Virus record (IMG/VR): IMGVR_UViG_3300005512_002353
DNA length: 64,000 bases
Strand: one strand, 5' to 3'
From: a virus
Lineage: Duplodnaviria > Caudoviricetes
Positions 28,924 to 38,514 of this stretch are shown here, one piece after another (positions within the stretch are counted from its first letter, which is position 1; each line of letters starts with the position of its first letter). A model generated the notes under the pieces. It worked only from the letters and a program-made list of their open reading frames with translations. It was not told the origin of the DNA and did not search any database. Position numbers and translations under genes: made by a program.

Positions 28924-29513
28924 TATATTACCTCTATCCTAACACCCTGAGCTTTTCCCTGGGTAACCACATTGTTTCGTCTTGCTTGCCAATAGACTGA
29001 ATTAAAAGACCAATCATTATTTTTACATTCATTGACTAGCTCATTGTATCCTAATATCTTTACATTCCCATCTGGAGATGTTAATTTATATTTCTGTTTA
29101 GCATTAGAACTTGCATGTCCACCTTTTTTATGCCAGTCTGTATTTTTTTTATATTTGTGATATACCTTAGCAAACGCTAATCCTGCTCGACGTTGATGTG
29201 CTATATGTGCATCTGGGTCTTGTTTTTTTAGTTCATGTAGCCAATTGCCACCGCCATATGCTTGATTATAACTCTTTGAATCTTTTACAATCTCTTCATT
29301 AACTATTTCTTTTTCAAGTTCCCAAAGATCATCTGTCGTTTCTGCAGTTGCAATTATTTCTCTTGTGAAATTTTCTTTACCGTATTTGTTAATGGCATTT
29401 TTTATGCCCTGGCCGCTACCTAAATACCCGTCATTTAGATTATCTGTAGAATGCCTGCCAATATAATATCTGCCATTGACTTTGTTAGTGGTTTTGTAGA
29501 TGATGTGTTTCAT
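28923..29513 (-). mobile_element. GIY-YIG (Seg-like) free-standing homing endonuclease gene
   Basis: IIYKTTNKVNGRYYIGRH...YLGSG...ENF.REI...E...YN; AT-rich relative to flanks. Confidence 0.85.
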
Positions 29514-30022
29514 TAATCCAAATCACTAACTTTTTTGCCTCTGCGCCACATCGCACATGACCAGTATTTGGCTTTTGTCTTGTCCTTGGCTGACGCCTTG
29601 TCACAACCATGTCTAGCACGGAATGACTTACGTCTCTTTGGATCATCTCTCTTGATTGATAGGTTAGGATCACCAAAGCGAACAACTTTAACGTTGCCTG
29701 ACTTAGGATCCTTAACGTATACCTTGAATTTTTTCTTTGGATTCTCTGATGTCCTGATCGGATCGTTAAGTTTAACTTTTTTGCCTTGATATTCTGCCTC
29801 GTCAAACACGGCAAACTCAACACCATCATCAAACTCGCATCCACAGTGTTCCAGTATCTTCTGGCACTCTTCATCCATGATCAATGTCATTGATTCTTCA
29901 TCATGTGATTCAACTATTGATTCGATCACGGTATCCATGTTAACTATGAAGTCAACATGATCATCAGTGATTGGATTTGTCCTGGCTCTCTCTGCTTCTG
30001 CTAGATAATCCTTGAAAGACAT
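29513..30022 (-). CDS. putative internal head protein, acidic N-half and basic C-half
   Basis: MSFKDYLAE tag; EAEYQGKKVKLN...VRFGD...RKSFRARHGC...YWSC. Confidence 0.6.
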   Translation of the reverse strand: MSFKDYLAEAERARTNPITDDHVDFIVNMDTVIESIVESHDEESMTLIMDEECQKILEHCGCEFDDGVEFAVFDEAEYQGKKVKLNDPIRTSENPKKKFKVYVKDPKSGNVKVVRFGDPNLSIKRDDPKRRKSFRARHGCDKASAKDKTKAKYWSCAMWRRGKKVSDLD

Positions 30023-30023
30023 A

Positions 30024-31370
30024 TTAGTTGCCCTTGTATTTTGCGTAGAGATTCATCATGTTCTCTGCTATGTCATTCTTTGATTCCGTGTGCAGTGGAT
30101 TTGAATTTGATTTCAATGCTGACTTGTCCTTGGGACCGTTTACACCACCTGACATGTCTTTAACCTGTGCATCAACTGTAGAAGTCTTCTCACGTGGGCT
30201 ATTTGTGTATTCTGGATCACGCTCTTCTTCTACTGCTTCTGGATCACCTTCATACTCTTTATAACCATCTGAACGCATACCTGATAGTTTCATTAGGTCC
30301 TTGACCATATCAGCATGTGCATTGTTAGCATTGATATTGATAGTTTCCTGGCCCTCGTCATCGATAGACTGTGTAACTTGTAGACCTTCGTTTAATTGTT
30401 CACTGTATTTCTTCTCAAAGTCTTCCATCATTGAATCTAAGTTTAACTCTTCTGATTCTTTCTTAGGACGACCCTTGCCTCTCTTAGGAGCATCTGGATC
30501 TACCATTGGATCTTCAGGTTCTAATGATTGAACTTTAACACCTGACTTGGTATATTTGTAATGACGTTTCTTGCCATCCTTGAATGTAACAGTAAAGCCT
30601 TGAGCGCCATCTTCTGGACGATCCATTTGAACCTTGTGTCCTTCTTTCTCATGTTTGTCAACGATACCTTTAACATGGGCAGGATCATATGCTTCGTCTA
30701 ATTCAATTTCTTCCACTTCGTCAAGGATCTCTTCTTCCTCAGAAACTTTCTCGTTCTTCTCATACTGCTCTGGAGTTGTGTCTTCTTCTTTCATTTCTTC
30801 CTTGTCCTTGGCCGCTTTCTTCATTGGCTCTTTCTTGTCGCCATCTTTGTCTAAGTCTAGGAAGTCTGGTTTCGCTTCTTCGATCGTTTCCTCAACACCT
30901 TCATACATCTGAACACTTTGGACTATTGCCCCTTCGCCGCCTGCTGAGTAGTCTTCTTTATTTTCGCTCTGTAAAATATCATATGCCTTTGCTTCAGCTT
31001 CTTGTTCAGAGTTTGCTTCTACATCCATTTCATATGTAACAAGATCAGTGGCTTTTACAAACCATTCTGCTTCTGTTAACGCTTTTTCTTTTACTTCAAC
31101 TGACTCGTTTGTAGTGTCAGGAGCATCTGTTTGAACGTTTAATGTTTGGATACCTGCTAGTTTAGCATATTCCACAGGATTCTCTTCTGCTACAGGTTGA
31201 TATACTTCTTGTCCTGTTGCTGAAACTGTGTTGGTCTCTGGCATTAGAGCGTTTGTTGCAGATGGATTGGTAGGGTTGTTCATCTTCTCTGCGTTCTCAA
31301 TAGCTCTCGCCTGATCCTCATTTGGGTTTTCAATTGCTTTTAATTTTGATAATACGTCATACATTTCCAT
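30024..31370 (-). CDS. acidic modular prohead/internal protein
   Basis: 448 aa, very Glu-rich, KPDFLDLDKDGDKKEPMKKA, AT-hook-like KRGKGRPKK, two LAG/LSG motifs. Confidence 0.6.
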   Translation of the reverse strand: MEMYDVLSKLKAIENPNEDQARAIENAEKMNNPTNPSATNALMPETNTVSATGQEVYQPVAEENPVEYAKLAGIQTLNVQTDAPDTTNESVEVKEKALTEAEWFVKATDLVTYEMDVEANSEQEAEAKAYDILQSENKEDYSAGGEGAIVQSVQMYEGVEETIEEAKPDFLDLDKDGDKKEPMKKAAKDKEEMKEEDTTPEQYEKNEKVSEEEEILDEVEEIELDEAYDPAHVKGIVDKHEKEGHKVQMDRPEDGAQGFTVTFKDGKKRHYKYTKSGVKVQSLEPEDPMVDPDAPKRGKGRPKKESEELNLDSMMEDFEKKYSEQLNEGLQVTQSIDDEGQETININANNAHADMVKDLMKLSGMRSDGYKEYEGDPEAVEEERDPEYTNSPREKTSTVDAQVKDMSGGVNGPKDKSALKSNSNPLHTESKNDIAENMMNLYAKYKGN

Positions 31371-31382
31371 GGTCTATGTCTC

Positions 31383-31964
31383 CTATCTAGCAAACGACTT
31401 AACGTTTGGTAGTTTTGGTTTCACGCTACCCATGGCTGACTTATCACCCATCGGTAAATCATTCGTTGTTTCTGCTTTTGGTGTGTCGCCTCCAGCAATC
31501 TTAAATCTCGTTGGTGTCTCTGGAACTACTTTTGCTGGATCAGCATAGGCCTCACCTGCTTCTTTTGATTGTTCCTCGTAATCTTTTTCCAAGATTGGTG
31601 CCTCTTCTGGTTCAGCACCCTCGTTCTCTTCATAAGATTGTGCAAAGTGCTCACTCACGATCTTGATCTGCGACTTAGGTCTGCGTGTGCAACTCTCGAT
31701 CATGTCGTAGAGTGCGTCCTGTCCTGCAGGATAAGCGATCTCAACCTCAAACATGCAGACTTCCATGTTCTTAACACCTGGAAAGTCCAATGGATCTTCC
31801 ATAACTGGTGTGGTCTTTGGAGAGCTCATGTTGATGAGATCAAATTTTGCCAACTTGGTCTCTAATTCTTTTAGACATTCGTTATCGCAACCGCCGGCCA
31901 CTTTAACTCTGTATTTGTAAGTCTGTTCAGACTCTAGTAAATATTGATAATATGTTTTTGTCAT
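31383..31964 (-). CDS. putative head protein
   Basis: MTKTYYQYLLE tag; exact TATAAATA late promoter upstream. Confidence 0.6.
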   Translation of the reverse strand: MTKTYYQYLLESEQTYKYRVKVAGGCDNECLKELETKLAKFDLINMSSPKTTPVMEDPLDFPGVKNMEVCMFEVEIAYPAGQDALYDMIESCTRRPKSQIKIVSEHFAQSYEENEGAEPEEAPILEKDYEEQSKEAGEAYADPAKVVPETPTRFKIAGGDTPKAETTNDLPMGDKSAMGSVKPKLPNVKSFAR

Positions 31965-31985
31965 GTTTTTTCCCTACCTTGACAG

Positions 31986-31993
31986 TATTTATA
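31986..31993 (-). promoter_or_regulatory. T4-type late promoter TATAAATA
   Basis: Exact octamer heading the block of tagged genes. Confidence 0.7.
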
Positions 31994-31998
31994 CAGTT

Positions 31999-32490
31999 TT
32001 AATCTTTTGAGTCTTTATTTTTCAACAGTTTTTCCAGCATCTCGTTCCTATCTAGGACGTATCCCTCGCCTGTCTCTATAGGCTCATCCTTGCTCTTGCG
32101 TTGATCCTGTGCGGCCTTCTTTAACTGTAGATCAATCATCTTAAGTTTCTTGTTAATCTTTGCCGTCTTGGCTGATATGGCATGTCCTAACATGTTGTTG
32201 GCAACACCAAAAATTTCACTAGCAAAGCGTGAATCTACGTTAAAGCCAAGATCCATGAGGTCCTGATAACTGTTTTTAGCAAGTTCTGCTAGATCATCCA
32301 TCTCTTGATCACTGGCTTCTAGGCCTTTGACCGCCGGCAGTGCTGATTCTATCTTATCTATGTTAGCAAAAGTGTCTGCTGGCACAGGTGTCTGTGCTTG
32401 TTCAACAGGCTCTTTTAATTCGTTGTCTTCCTCTTTCTCTACAGGTTCTATAGGATCAAGGTCAAATAGCTCTTCTAGTTTCTTTGTCAT
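31999..32490 (-). CDS. putative terminase small subunit
   Basis: 163-aa helical protein next to gp4, C-terminal DRNEMLEKL; size and position inference only. Confidence 0.45.
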   Translation of the reverse strand: MTKKLEELFDLDPIEPVEKEEDNELKEPVEQAQTPVPADTFANIDKIESALPAVKGLEASDQEMDDLAELAKNSYQDLMDLGFNVDSRFASEIFGVANNMLGHAISAKTAKINKKLKMIDLQLKKAAQDQRKSKDEPIETGEGYVLDRNEMLEKLLKNKDSKD

Positions 32491-32927
32491 TATCTCGCAC
32501 CACTTCTAAAAATATCTTCTTCGGTTACCACACGGAATGTTATGCCGTTGGCCTTACACCACTTAGCGGCCTGTTCCCATTTAGCGTGATTGAGAGCAAC
32601 TGTCTCTCGGAGGCGACGGTTTTTGTTCTTGCTCTCCACTATGCTTTGGTCCTTAGGTTTGATTTCCACCAGCTCTGTAACTAATTTACCACTTTTGTTC
32701 TGGTATTGGACTAAAAAGTCAGGTATGTAGTTACGGTTCTTGCCAGTGAATGGATCTTTGTATGGAATTTTTACGGACTCACTTGCCCACTTGACCACGC
32801 TTGGATGTGTGTCACAGAACTTCATGAAAGCATGTTCCCAACCTGAACGATACGTGGGTGCCTTAACACCAACATACTTGTCAGGATTCATTATTGTGAA
32901 CTTGCCTTTAGCCCACTTGCCTGCCAT
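32490..32927 (-). CDS. gp4: head completion nuclease (T4 gp4-like, TnsA fold)
   Basis: NPDKY, YRSGWE, WASE, YIPDF, VEIKP, KWEQA. Confidence 0.9.
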   Translation of the reverse strand: MAGKWAKGKFTIMNPDKYVGVKAPTYRSGWEHAFMKFCDTHPSVVKWASESVKIPYKDPFTGKNRNYIPDFLVQYQNKSGKLVTELVEIKPKDQSIVESKNKNRRLRETVALNHAKWEQAAKWCKANGITFRVVTEEDIFRSGAR

Positions 32928-33289
32928 TATGGCAATACGTTACGGGCCGCGTAGTAATTTGGTTGCTGAACAACGCTTACGCCAACTAGAGTTGCTTTTG
33001 ATCTTAATCCATTTAGATAATATGCCACTGTTTGATCTATCTGGATAGGATTGTCTACTTCTCTAAACTTGGCCAGTAACTCCTCTACTGTAATTTTGTA
33101 ACCATTAACAATTTGGAAGAATACTGATGTAAAGTCGTCTGCAATAGATGAATCTGAATAATATTTTCTAAAGAAACTGTTGACAATGTCATAGTCAGCC
33201 TGACTAATAACTAATTCTTTTTCGTAGAATTGGTCAAATATTAATACAGTCTTGTCCGTATTGTTTTTTGTTACGTTAACTGAACTCAT
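32927..33289 (-). CDS. hypothetical late protein
   Basis: 120-aa ORF, TAAATA-N5-ATG. Confidence 0.6.
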   Translation of the reverse strand: MSSVNVTKNNTDKTVLIFDQFYEKELVISQADYDIVNSFFRKYYSDSSIADDFTSVFFQIVNGYKITVEELLAKFREVDNPIQIDQTVAYYLNGLRSKATLVGVSVVQQPNYYAARNVLP

Positions 33290-33304
33290 AATACTATTTA
33301 ACCT

Positions 33305-34483
33305 CTACTCCGAGGTGCCAACATTTTGTCCGTTACTAGAAACTAGACTGTTTGTAGTTGGCGTTGTGTTTGTTGTTGTAGGTGTTGCTGTGTTTGTTGT
33401 TGTAGGTGTGGTTGGTGTAGAAAAGTTAAACACAGTGTTAGTCACTGCTGGAAGACCTTCTCTGATAACACCTGTTAATACCTCTTCCTTAACACTTTCA
33501 CTATTGATATCACCGTTTTCGATAACATCATACACACGTCCTGCTTTCTTGGCCGCACCTAATACATCACCTGATGCTAGATCTTCAAATATACCAACAC
33601 CTGCATCCAGTAAGCCGCCTTGACCAAACACTGTTGATCTAGAACCTGCACGACTTAATGCACTTGGTTCCTTGTCATAGTATGCAGAATTAGCAAAGCC
33701 AGGAATTGGTGCACCTGTTTCTCCGTTAAGAGCACCTGCTCCATATTTTACGGTCTCATACCTGATAGTCATCTGATGATTCATTGGATCGCTACCATTG
33801 GAATAATCAAATTGATCATGTCTAAATTCTGTAATCACTGGATTGATCAATGTATAGTTAACAAACTGATGTTGATTAAATCCATAGATTGTAATATCTT
33901 TAAAGAAACTTGGTTTACTGCCTTGAGCATAACTTGGTGTTTGAGCACCATCTTCGCCTATATAACCCCAATCATTACCTGCTCTATTGGCACTGTAAGT
34001 ATCTCTACGGTTATAATCAGACTTTGTGCCTGGAGCAAAATTTACCAACGCATTGTTTGCTGTCTGTGAACCATAAGGTTGGCTTGGATCTTTATAGTAG
34101 TAACTGTAATATTTAAACCAAAGGTTACGAACTAGATCAGCACCATCATCGTGGAACTCAACTGATACTGGTTCGTAATTGATTTTAGATTGGACTAGAC
34201 GTTTGCGATTATATTGATTTAAAGTATCAACGTCTATAGTATAGTTTGGCAGTTGTATATTCTTGACCAACAGGCTTACCCTAGCCTGGTCGTCTACACT
34301 AAAAGCACTCCTTAAACCTGGCAACTCCGTAACATTCAAGTTAAAATACACATGAAATAAAAACTTGTGTCGCGGATGCAGGTCCATACCAGCTGACCTA
34401 AAGGTCTTACTAGCATGTCTGTAGTCTTTTAGATAGTCACTTCCCAGGAATCCTTTAAGGACCTGGTCAAAGAAGCCTGCCAT
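33305..34483 (-). CDS. tail tube-like / baseplate-tube protein
   Basis: gp19-like fold motifs (LP.Y, NQYNRKR, I.YEPV..EFHDD); adjacent to tube gene. Confidence 0.6.
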   Translation of the reverse strand: MAGFFDQVLKGFLGSDYLKDYRHASKTFRSAGMDLHPRHKFLFHVYFNLNVTELPGLRSAFSVDDQARVSLLVKNIQLPNYTIDVDTLNQYNRKRLVQSKINYEPVSVEFHDDGADLVRNLWFKYYSYYYKDPSQPYGSQTANNALVNFAPGTKSDYNRRDTYSANRAGNDWGYIGEDGAQTPSYAQGSKPSFFKDITIYGFNQHQFVNYTLINPVITEFRHDQFDYSNGSDPMNHQMTIRYETVKYGAGALNGETGAPIPGFANSAYYDKEPSALSRAGSRSTVFGQGGLLDAGVGIFEDLASGDVLGAAKKAGRVYDVIENGDINSESVKEEVLTGVIREGLPAVTNTVFNFSTPTTPTTTNTATPTTTNTTPTTNSLVSSNGQNVGTSE

Positions 34484-34488
34484 CTATA

Positions 34489-35106
34489 TTAGCCTGTAAT
34501 TACTGAGCCTAAAGTTCTACCTACTGAAGTGCCTAGACCTGAACCAATTGGTGTTTGAACAGCATTATCAAATCTAATTGTTAATGATACTGTTGCCGGT
34601 GCACTATCAGCGTATGTTAAATCGTTATAGTTAACTGTTGTTAGGTAGCAACCATAAAGTTCCCATGTTTCTAACACTGTTGGTTCGTTAGCACCATTAC
34701 CACCGTCTAACACTTCGCAACGTGTTACAAATTTATAGTCGATACCTGATGAAGCTGATGATTGCTCCATGAAGTCTAATTGTTTCTGTAATTGCTCACC
34801 AACTAGTTTAGCAACCGCACCCGATGCGTCGTCACGTAATTCAACAGTAACGTCGTCCCAAGTATGTTTACCTGCTAATCTTACACGTGAGTTGTATAAG
34901 TCAATAGTCATATCGTCAAATGATACGCTAGGTCTAGTAAATGTCATTACTTGTTTTGTTAACTCAGTTCTTGGTGTAGAAACACCAAGATTCTCAAATA
35001 CCGTTCTAAATCGGTATTTTAATTTGGGCATTAACAAGCCTTGGCTAGTTGCTGATTGGTCAGAAGCCAAAGGTATTGTCATTTTGCTTAATGATGAAAC
35101 AGCCAT
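34489..35106 (-). CDS. gp19: tail tube protein (gp19-like)
   Basis: PKLKYRFR, RPSVSF, AGKHTW, WELYGC, LTIRFDNA; directly after sheath. Confidence 0.85.
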   Translation of the reverse strand: MAVSSLSKMTIPLASDQSATSQGLLMPKLKYRFRTVFENLGVSTPRTELTKQVMTFTRPSVSFDDMTIDLYNSRVRLAGKHTWDDVTVELRDDASGAVAKLVGEQLQKQLDFMEQSSASSGIDYKFVTRCEVLDGGNGANEPTVLETWELYGCYLTTVNYNDLTYADSAPATVSLTIRFDNAVQTPIGSGLGTSVGRTLGSVITG

Positions 35107-35157
35107 GTGTATTTCTCCTTGTTCTTATATGTATCGTATTTATCGATCTAGAGTCAC

Positions 35158-35183
35158 AAAAAATGACACCGAAGTGCCATTTT
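35158..35183 (-). terminator. terminator with cUUCGg tetraloop
   Basis: AAAATGGCAC-TTCG-GTGTCATTTTTT downstream of sheath. Confidence 0.8.
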
Positions 35184-35201
35184 ATGCGTAGTTAATTCCT
35201 A

Positions 35202-38200
35202 CTATAAATTACCTGCCTCAATATCGCCTGTGTTTTTAATTCTTAATGGAATGTAGATGTATTCCACAGATTTTGTAGGCTCAATTGCGATATCAACGTA
35301 TAATTCGTTTCTATCAATACGCTCTGGTGTGTTGTTTGTGTCATCACATACAACTAGGTAATCGTAAATACCACGTTTAGCAGTAACATCGTTTAATAAC
35401 TGTTCACATGATTGTTTAACTTCGTTACGTGTAGTAGTGTCATTTGGTTCAAAGATATAAGCTCTGCCTAATGCTTCTAATCTGTCACGTAAGTAAGCAA
35501 CCAGTCTTGCCACGTTTACTCTATCAAGTGCTGATGGTAATGAAGCAAGTGTCTTGTTACCGTAGTTTACGATACCTGTTCCAGGTATGAATGTAATTGG
35601 GTTAACTTGGTTTTCATATAATGTGTCACGTAGTGATTCTCTAACATTAATTTGTTGGAATTCACCAGTTGACTCATTAATGTAACCTAGTGCTGACGCA
35701 TTGTCAACTGTTCCACGTAGACCACCTGCTGGTGCTAACCATGGATAACCAATTTCGTCTGCTCTCACAAATGTTCTTAATATCATGTGACTTGGTGGAA
35801 CAACCACTGTGTTACCTGCTAAGTCATTTGTTCTACCACTTGGGTAGAATGTGGCCGCATATGGATCGGCAGTAGTTAAACCGTCTTCACCATCTGTGCC
35901 TGCGCCTTGTGCATCTGATGTCCAATCAAGTATAGCTGAACCCGTGTCTGCCAATCTAAATGGTGTGTCACCAACAACAAAACCTGTGTTGTTTCTGTCA
36001 TTGTTTAATGCTACCATGTTAGATAATAGTTCTGGATAACCAGGTGCCGCTAACAAGTTAAACTGTTTCTGTTCCTCACGGATTGATGTGTTAGCATCAA
36101 TGCCTGCCTGCATCTGACCAACGATGATCTTACGCTGTGCTTTTCTGCCCATGTAAGGTGAACCGTTTGCCTTATTACCTGATGCTGTCACCCATGCATC
36201 TTTCTGCGTTGGTAATGTGTCATCTGGGAAGTCAGTTGCGTTAAAGTAGTCAACTTGGAACTGTTTAACATTGTAACCTGAACGTCTTGTGTTGAACAGG
36301 ATCATACCATCTGGATATAATGAGGCGTCTGGTGCGTCAATATCTAGATAGTTACTTGTTAATAGTGATTTTGTAGTTGCTATGTCGTCTGTTATTGGAT
36401 CTGTTGTTCCATTAGCCGCCCAACGTGCATCTGCAAATAATACACCGTCTTCTGTTGTTTGATCTGTGTTGTCAAGTAATACCCATTTATCAACACCACT
36501 TACTGCTTGCCATCTGTATAGTTTAGGATAGTTTTCTAAATCACTTGAGTCTAACCATAAGTCACCATATACAAGTGCTGTTGAGTCACTTTGTAGTGTT
36601 GGTGCAGTTGCTGAAACAATAACACCGTTTGGTGAAGTTGATGATAAGTCATAACCACGTGTATCGTTTGATACGTTTTGGTAACCTTTCCATGTAGCAC
36701 CATCGTTGATCATGATGTCAACATCACTTGCTGATGAATAATACCAATATGTGCCTTCTGCTGGATCTTGACTTGGTTCAGTTGCTGAAGCAGTGTATGC
36801 CAATGCAACATAGTTAGAAAGGATAAGATCTGAATCATTACCAGCTCTTACGTTATCTAATGCTGTTGTAATACCTGCGTCTGCTACAGGAGTTCCTGAA
36901 GTGTCTTTTAATACAATAACACCACCTTGTGTGTGTCTAATTTGAACAGCGCCGTCTGTTGTAACACTTGCTAAAGTATTAGCAACGTTAGCACCATTGA
37001 AGTCACTTACAAAGTCAGTTGCTGTTGTGCCACTCGTTGTAACAGTAACCGCTGAAGTTAATGTAGTTGAGTTCTTAGCACTTGCTTGAATTGTAAATGT
37101 TTCACTTGCTGTAAATGTTGGTGCAGTATCCTCAGATGTTACTGTTGTAACGCCTGTTGTGTATCGTTTGTATAATTTGTATGTTGCGTTGTCTGCTTCT
37201 GTAGCATCATATTGAACATATAATGTGTTCGCCGCAACGTTTGATCCACCGCCACTTGGGTCAATGTTTTTAAGTGCAGTCTGATCATTTTCATACAACG
37301 GAGCACTCACTGTTGACCATGTGTCTGTAGATGCGTTGTAAATTTTAGCAACAATTTCAGCACCTTGGTTAACTGCTGTTGTCTTGATCCATACAGAACC
37401 TGTAGGACGTGGAGCAGTGTCTGTTGACTTCCAACGTGGATTGTCATAGTGTTGAGATTGTTGTAATCTTGGATAGTAATATGTTGCCGCTGTTAGGCCT
37501 ACATCAGTTAATAGTGTTCCTGAACCATTTGCTAATGTCAACACACCTTCTAATGATGAACCGTCTGCTGAAACATCACCGTCTGCATAGATTTCTAATT
37601 TGTTGCTTACCACGGCCGCTGTAACACCTGCAATTGAAGCTGAGTTAATTGAACTTGCTAATGCTGTTACAGTAGTTCCACTTAGTGTAACTGTTGTGCC
37701 ATTTAACACAATGCTATGACCTGATGTCAAAGTAGGACTTGCTACTGTGCCTTGGATAGTTGGATGGCTATTGTGCCAATCATCTGAACCAACTAACACC
37801 CAAGCATTGTCTCGGTTTTTGTAGTAGACTGGATTATTGGCATTAGTTGCTACTACTGCATAGTCACCGATCGCACCAATTGATGTTTTTGGTATACCTG
37901 CTGTCAGGTCGTCTGTTGATGTAATAACTGTAGGAGTTTTGTGAGTAAATGCACCTGTTGATGAATTCCACTCATGAATACCCCATTCTGTATTTGCTGT
38001 GTCTAACCAGAATGAATTGTTATCTAAAGAGCCTGTTGGTCTTGTTAGGCTTGCTGAAAGTTCAGCAAGATCTAAATCAACACGCTGGATGTATGCTCTG
38101 TTAGAAACACCTAAAACTGAGTAGGCCGCTAATAAGCCATATTCGTTTAATTCGTATCCATTAATTGGTGTGCCAGCACTTGTGTTATAGAAAGTTGGAT

Positions 38201-38414
38201 TACCATATAATGTAATCAAATCTCTCTGGCTTGTAACCAAATTAATTTTGTTAGCATTGGCCGCTGTTGTGCCTGATGCTGTCGCTGTTGATGTTCCACT
38301 TGTTTTATCTTGTGCTGTTGCAATCAAGATATATGGAACAGAATTCGTTGCGGCAGGTAGGTATTGACTTTGGTCAACTACACTAACCTCTACGCCTGGG
38401 GAAACTAATGCCAT
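35202..38414 (-). CDS. gp18: tail sheath protein (gp18-like) with large insertion
   Basis: LVSPGVEV, WLAPAG..RG, NPI, GNKT, DRVNVARL, FEPND, YIYIP. Confidence 0.92.
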   Translation of the reverse strand: MALVSPGVEVSVVDQSQYLPAATNSVPYILIATAQDKTSGTSTATASGTTAANANKINLVTSQRDLITLYGNPTFYNTSAGTPINGYELNEYGLLAAYSVLGVSNRAYIQRVDLDLAELSASLTRPTGSLDNNSFWLDTANTEWGIHEWNSSTGAFTHKTPTVITSTDDLTAGIPKTSIGAIGDYAVVATNANNPVYYKNRDNAWVLVGSDDWHNSHPTIQGTVASPTLTSGHSIVLNGTTVTLSGTTVTALASSINSASIAGVTAAVVSNKLEIYADGDVSADGSSLEGVLTLANGSGTLLTDVGLTAATYYYPRLQQSQHYDNPRWKSTDTAPRPTGSVWIKTTAVNQGAEIVAKIYNASTDTWSTVSAPLYENDQTALKNIDPSGGGSNVAANTLYVQYDATEADNATYKLYKRYTTGVTTVTSEDTAPTFTASETFTIQASAKNSTTLTSAVTVTTSGTTATDFVSDFNGANVANTLASVTTDGAVQIRHTQGGVIVLKDTSGTPVADAGITTALDNVRAGNDSDLILSNYVALAYTASATEPSQDPAEGTYWYYSSASDVDIMINDGATWKGYQNVSNDTRGYDLSSTSPNGVIVSATAPTLQSDSTALVYGDLWLDSSDLENYPKLYRWQAVSGVDKWVLLDNTDQTTEDGVLFADARWAANGTTDPITDDIATTKSLLTSNYLDIDAPDASLYPDGMILFNTRRSGYNVKQFQVDYFNATDFPDDTLPTQKDAWVTASGNKANGSPYMGRKAQRKIIVGQMQAGIDANTSIREEQKQFNLLAAPGYPELLSNMVALNNDRNNTGFVVGDTPFRLADTGSAILDWTSDAQGAGTDGEDGLTTADPYAATFYPSGRTNDLAGNTVVVPPSHMILRTFVRADEIGYPWLAPAGGLRGTVDNASALGYINESTGEFQQINVRESLRDTLYENQVNPITFIPGTGIVNYGNKTLASLPSALDRVNVARLVAYLRDRLEALGRAYIFEPNDTTTRNEVKQSCEQLLNDVTAKRGIYDYLVVCDDTNNTPERIDRNELYVDIAIEPTKSVEYIYIPLRIKNTGDIEAGNL

Positions 38415-38514
38415 AATTTTAATCCTCTTTAACTGTTACGAATATTTATTAAAATCTTCCTAAATTAGGCGTTTTACAAAGCCTTTGTAAAGGTCTGTGC
38501 ATATAAATAACCGT

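Noticed and set aside
29485-29874. Alternative-frame 129-aa ORF suggesting a programmed frameshift into the homing endonuclease region
   Set aside because: The main frame is intact with a recognisable conserved domain, and I saw no convincing slippery site or RBS.
33340-33420. TTPTTTNT-type repeats in the tube-like gene, and the Pro/Ala tract of gp32
   Set aside because: Ordinary low-complexity coding linkers, not an array.
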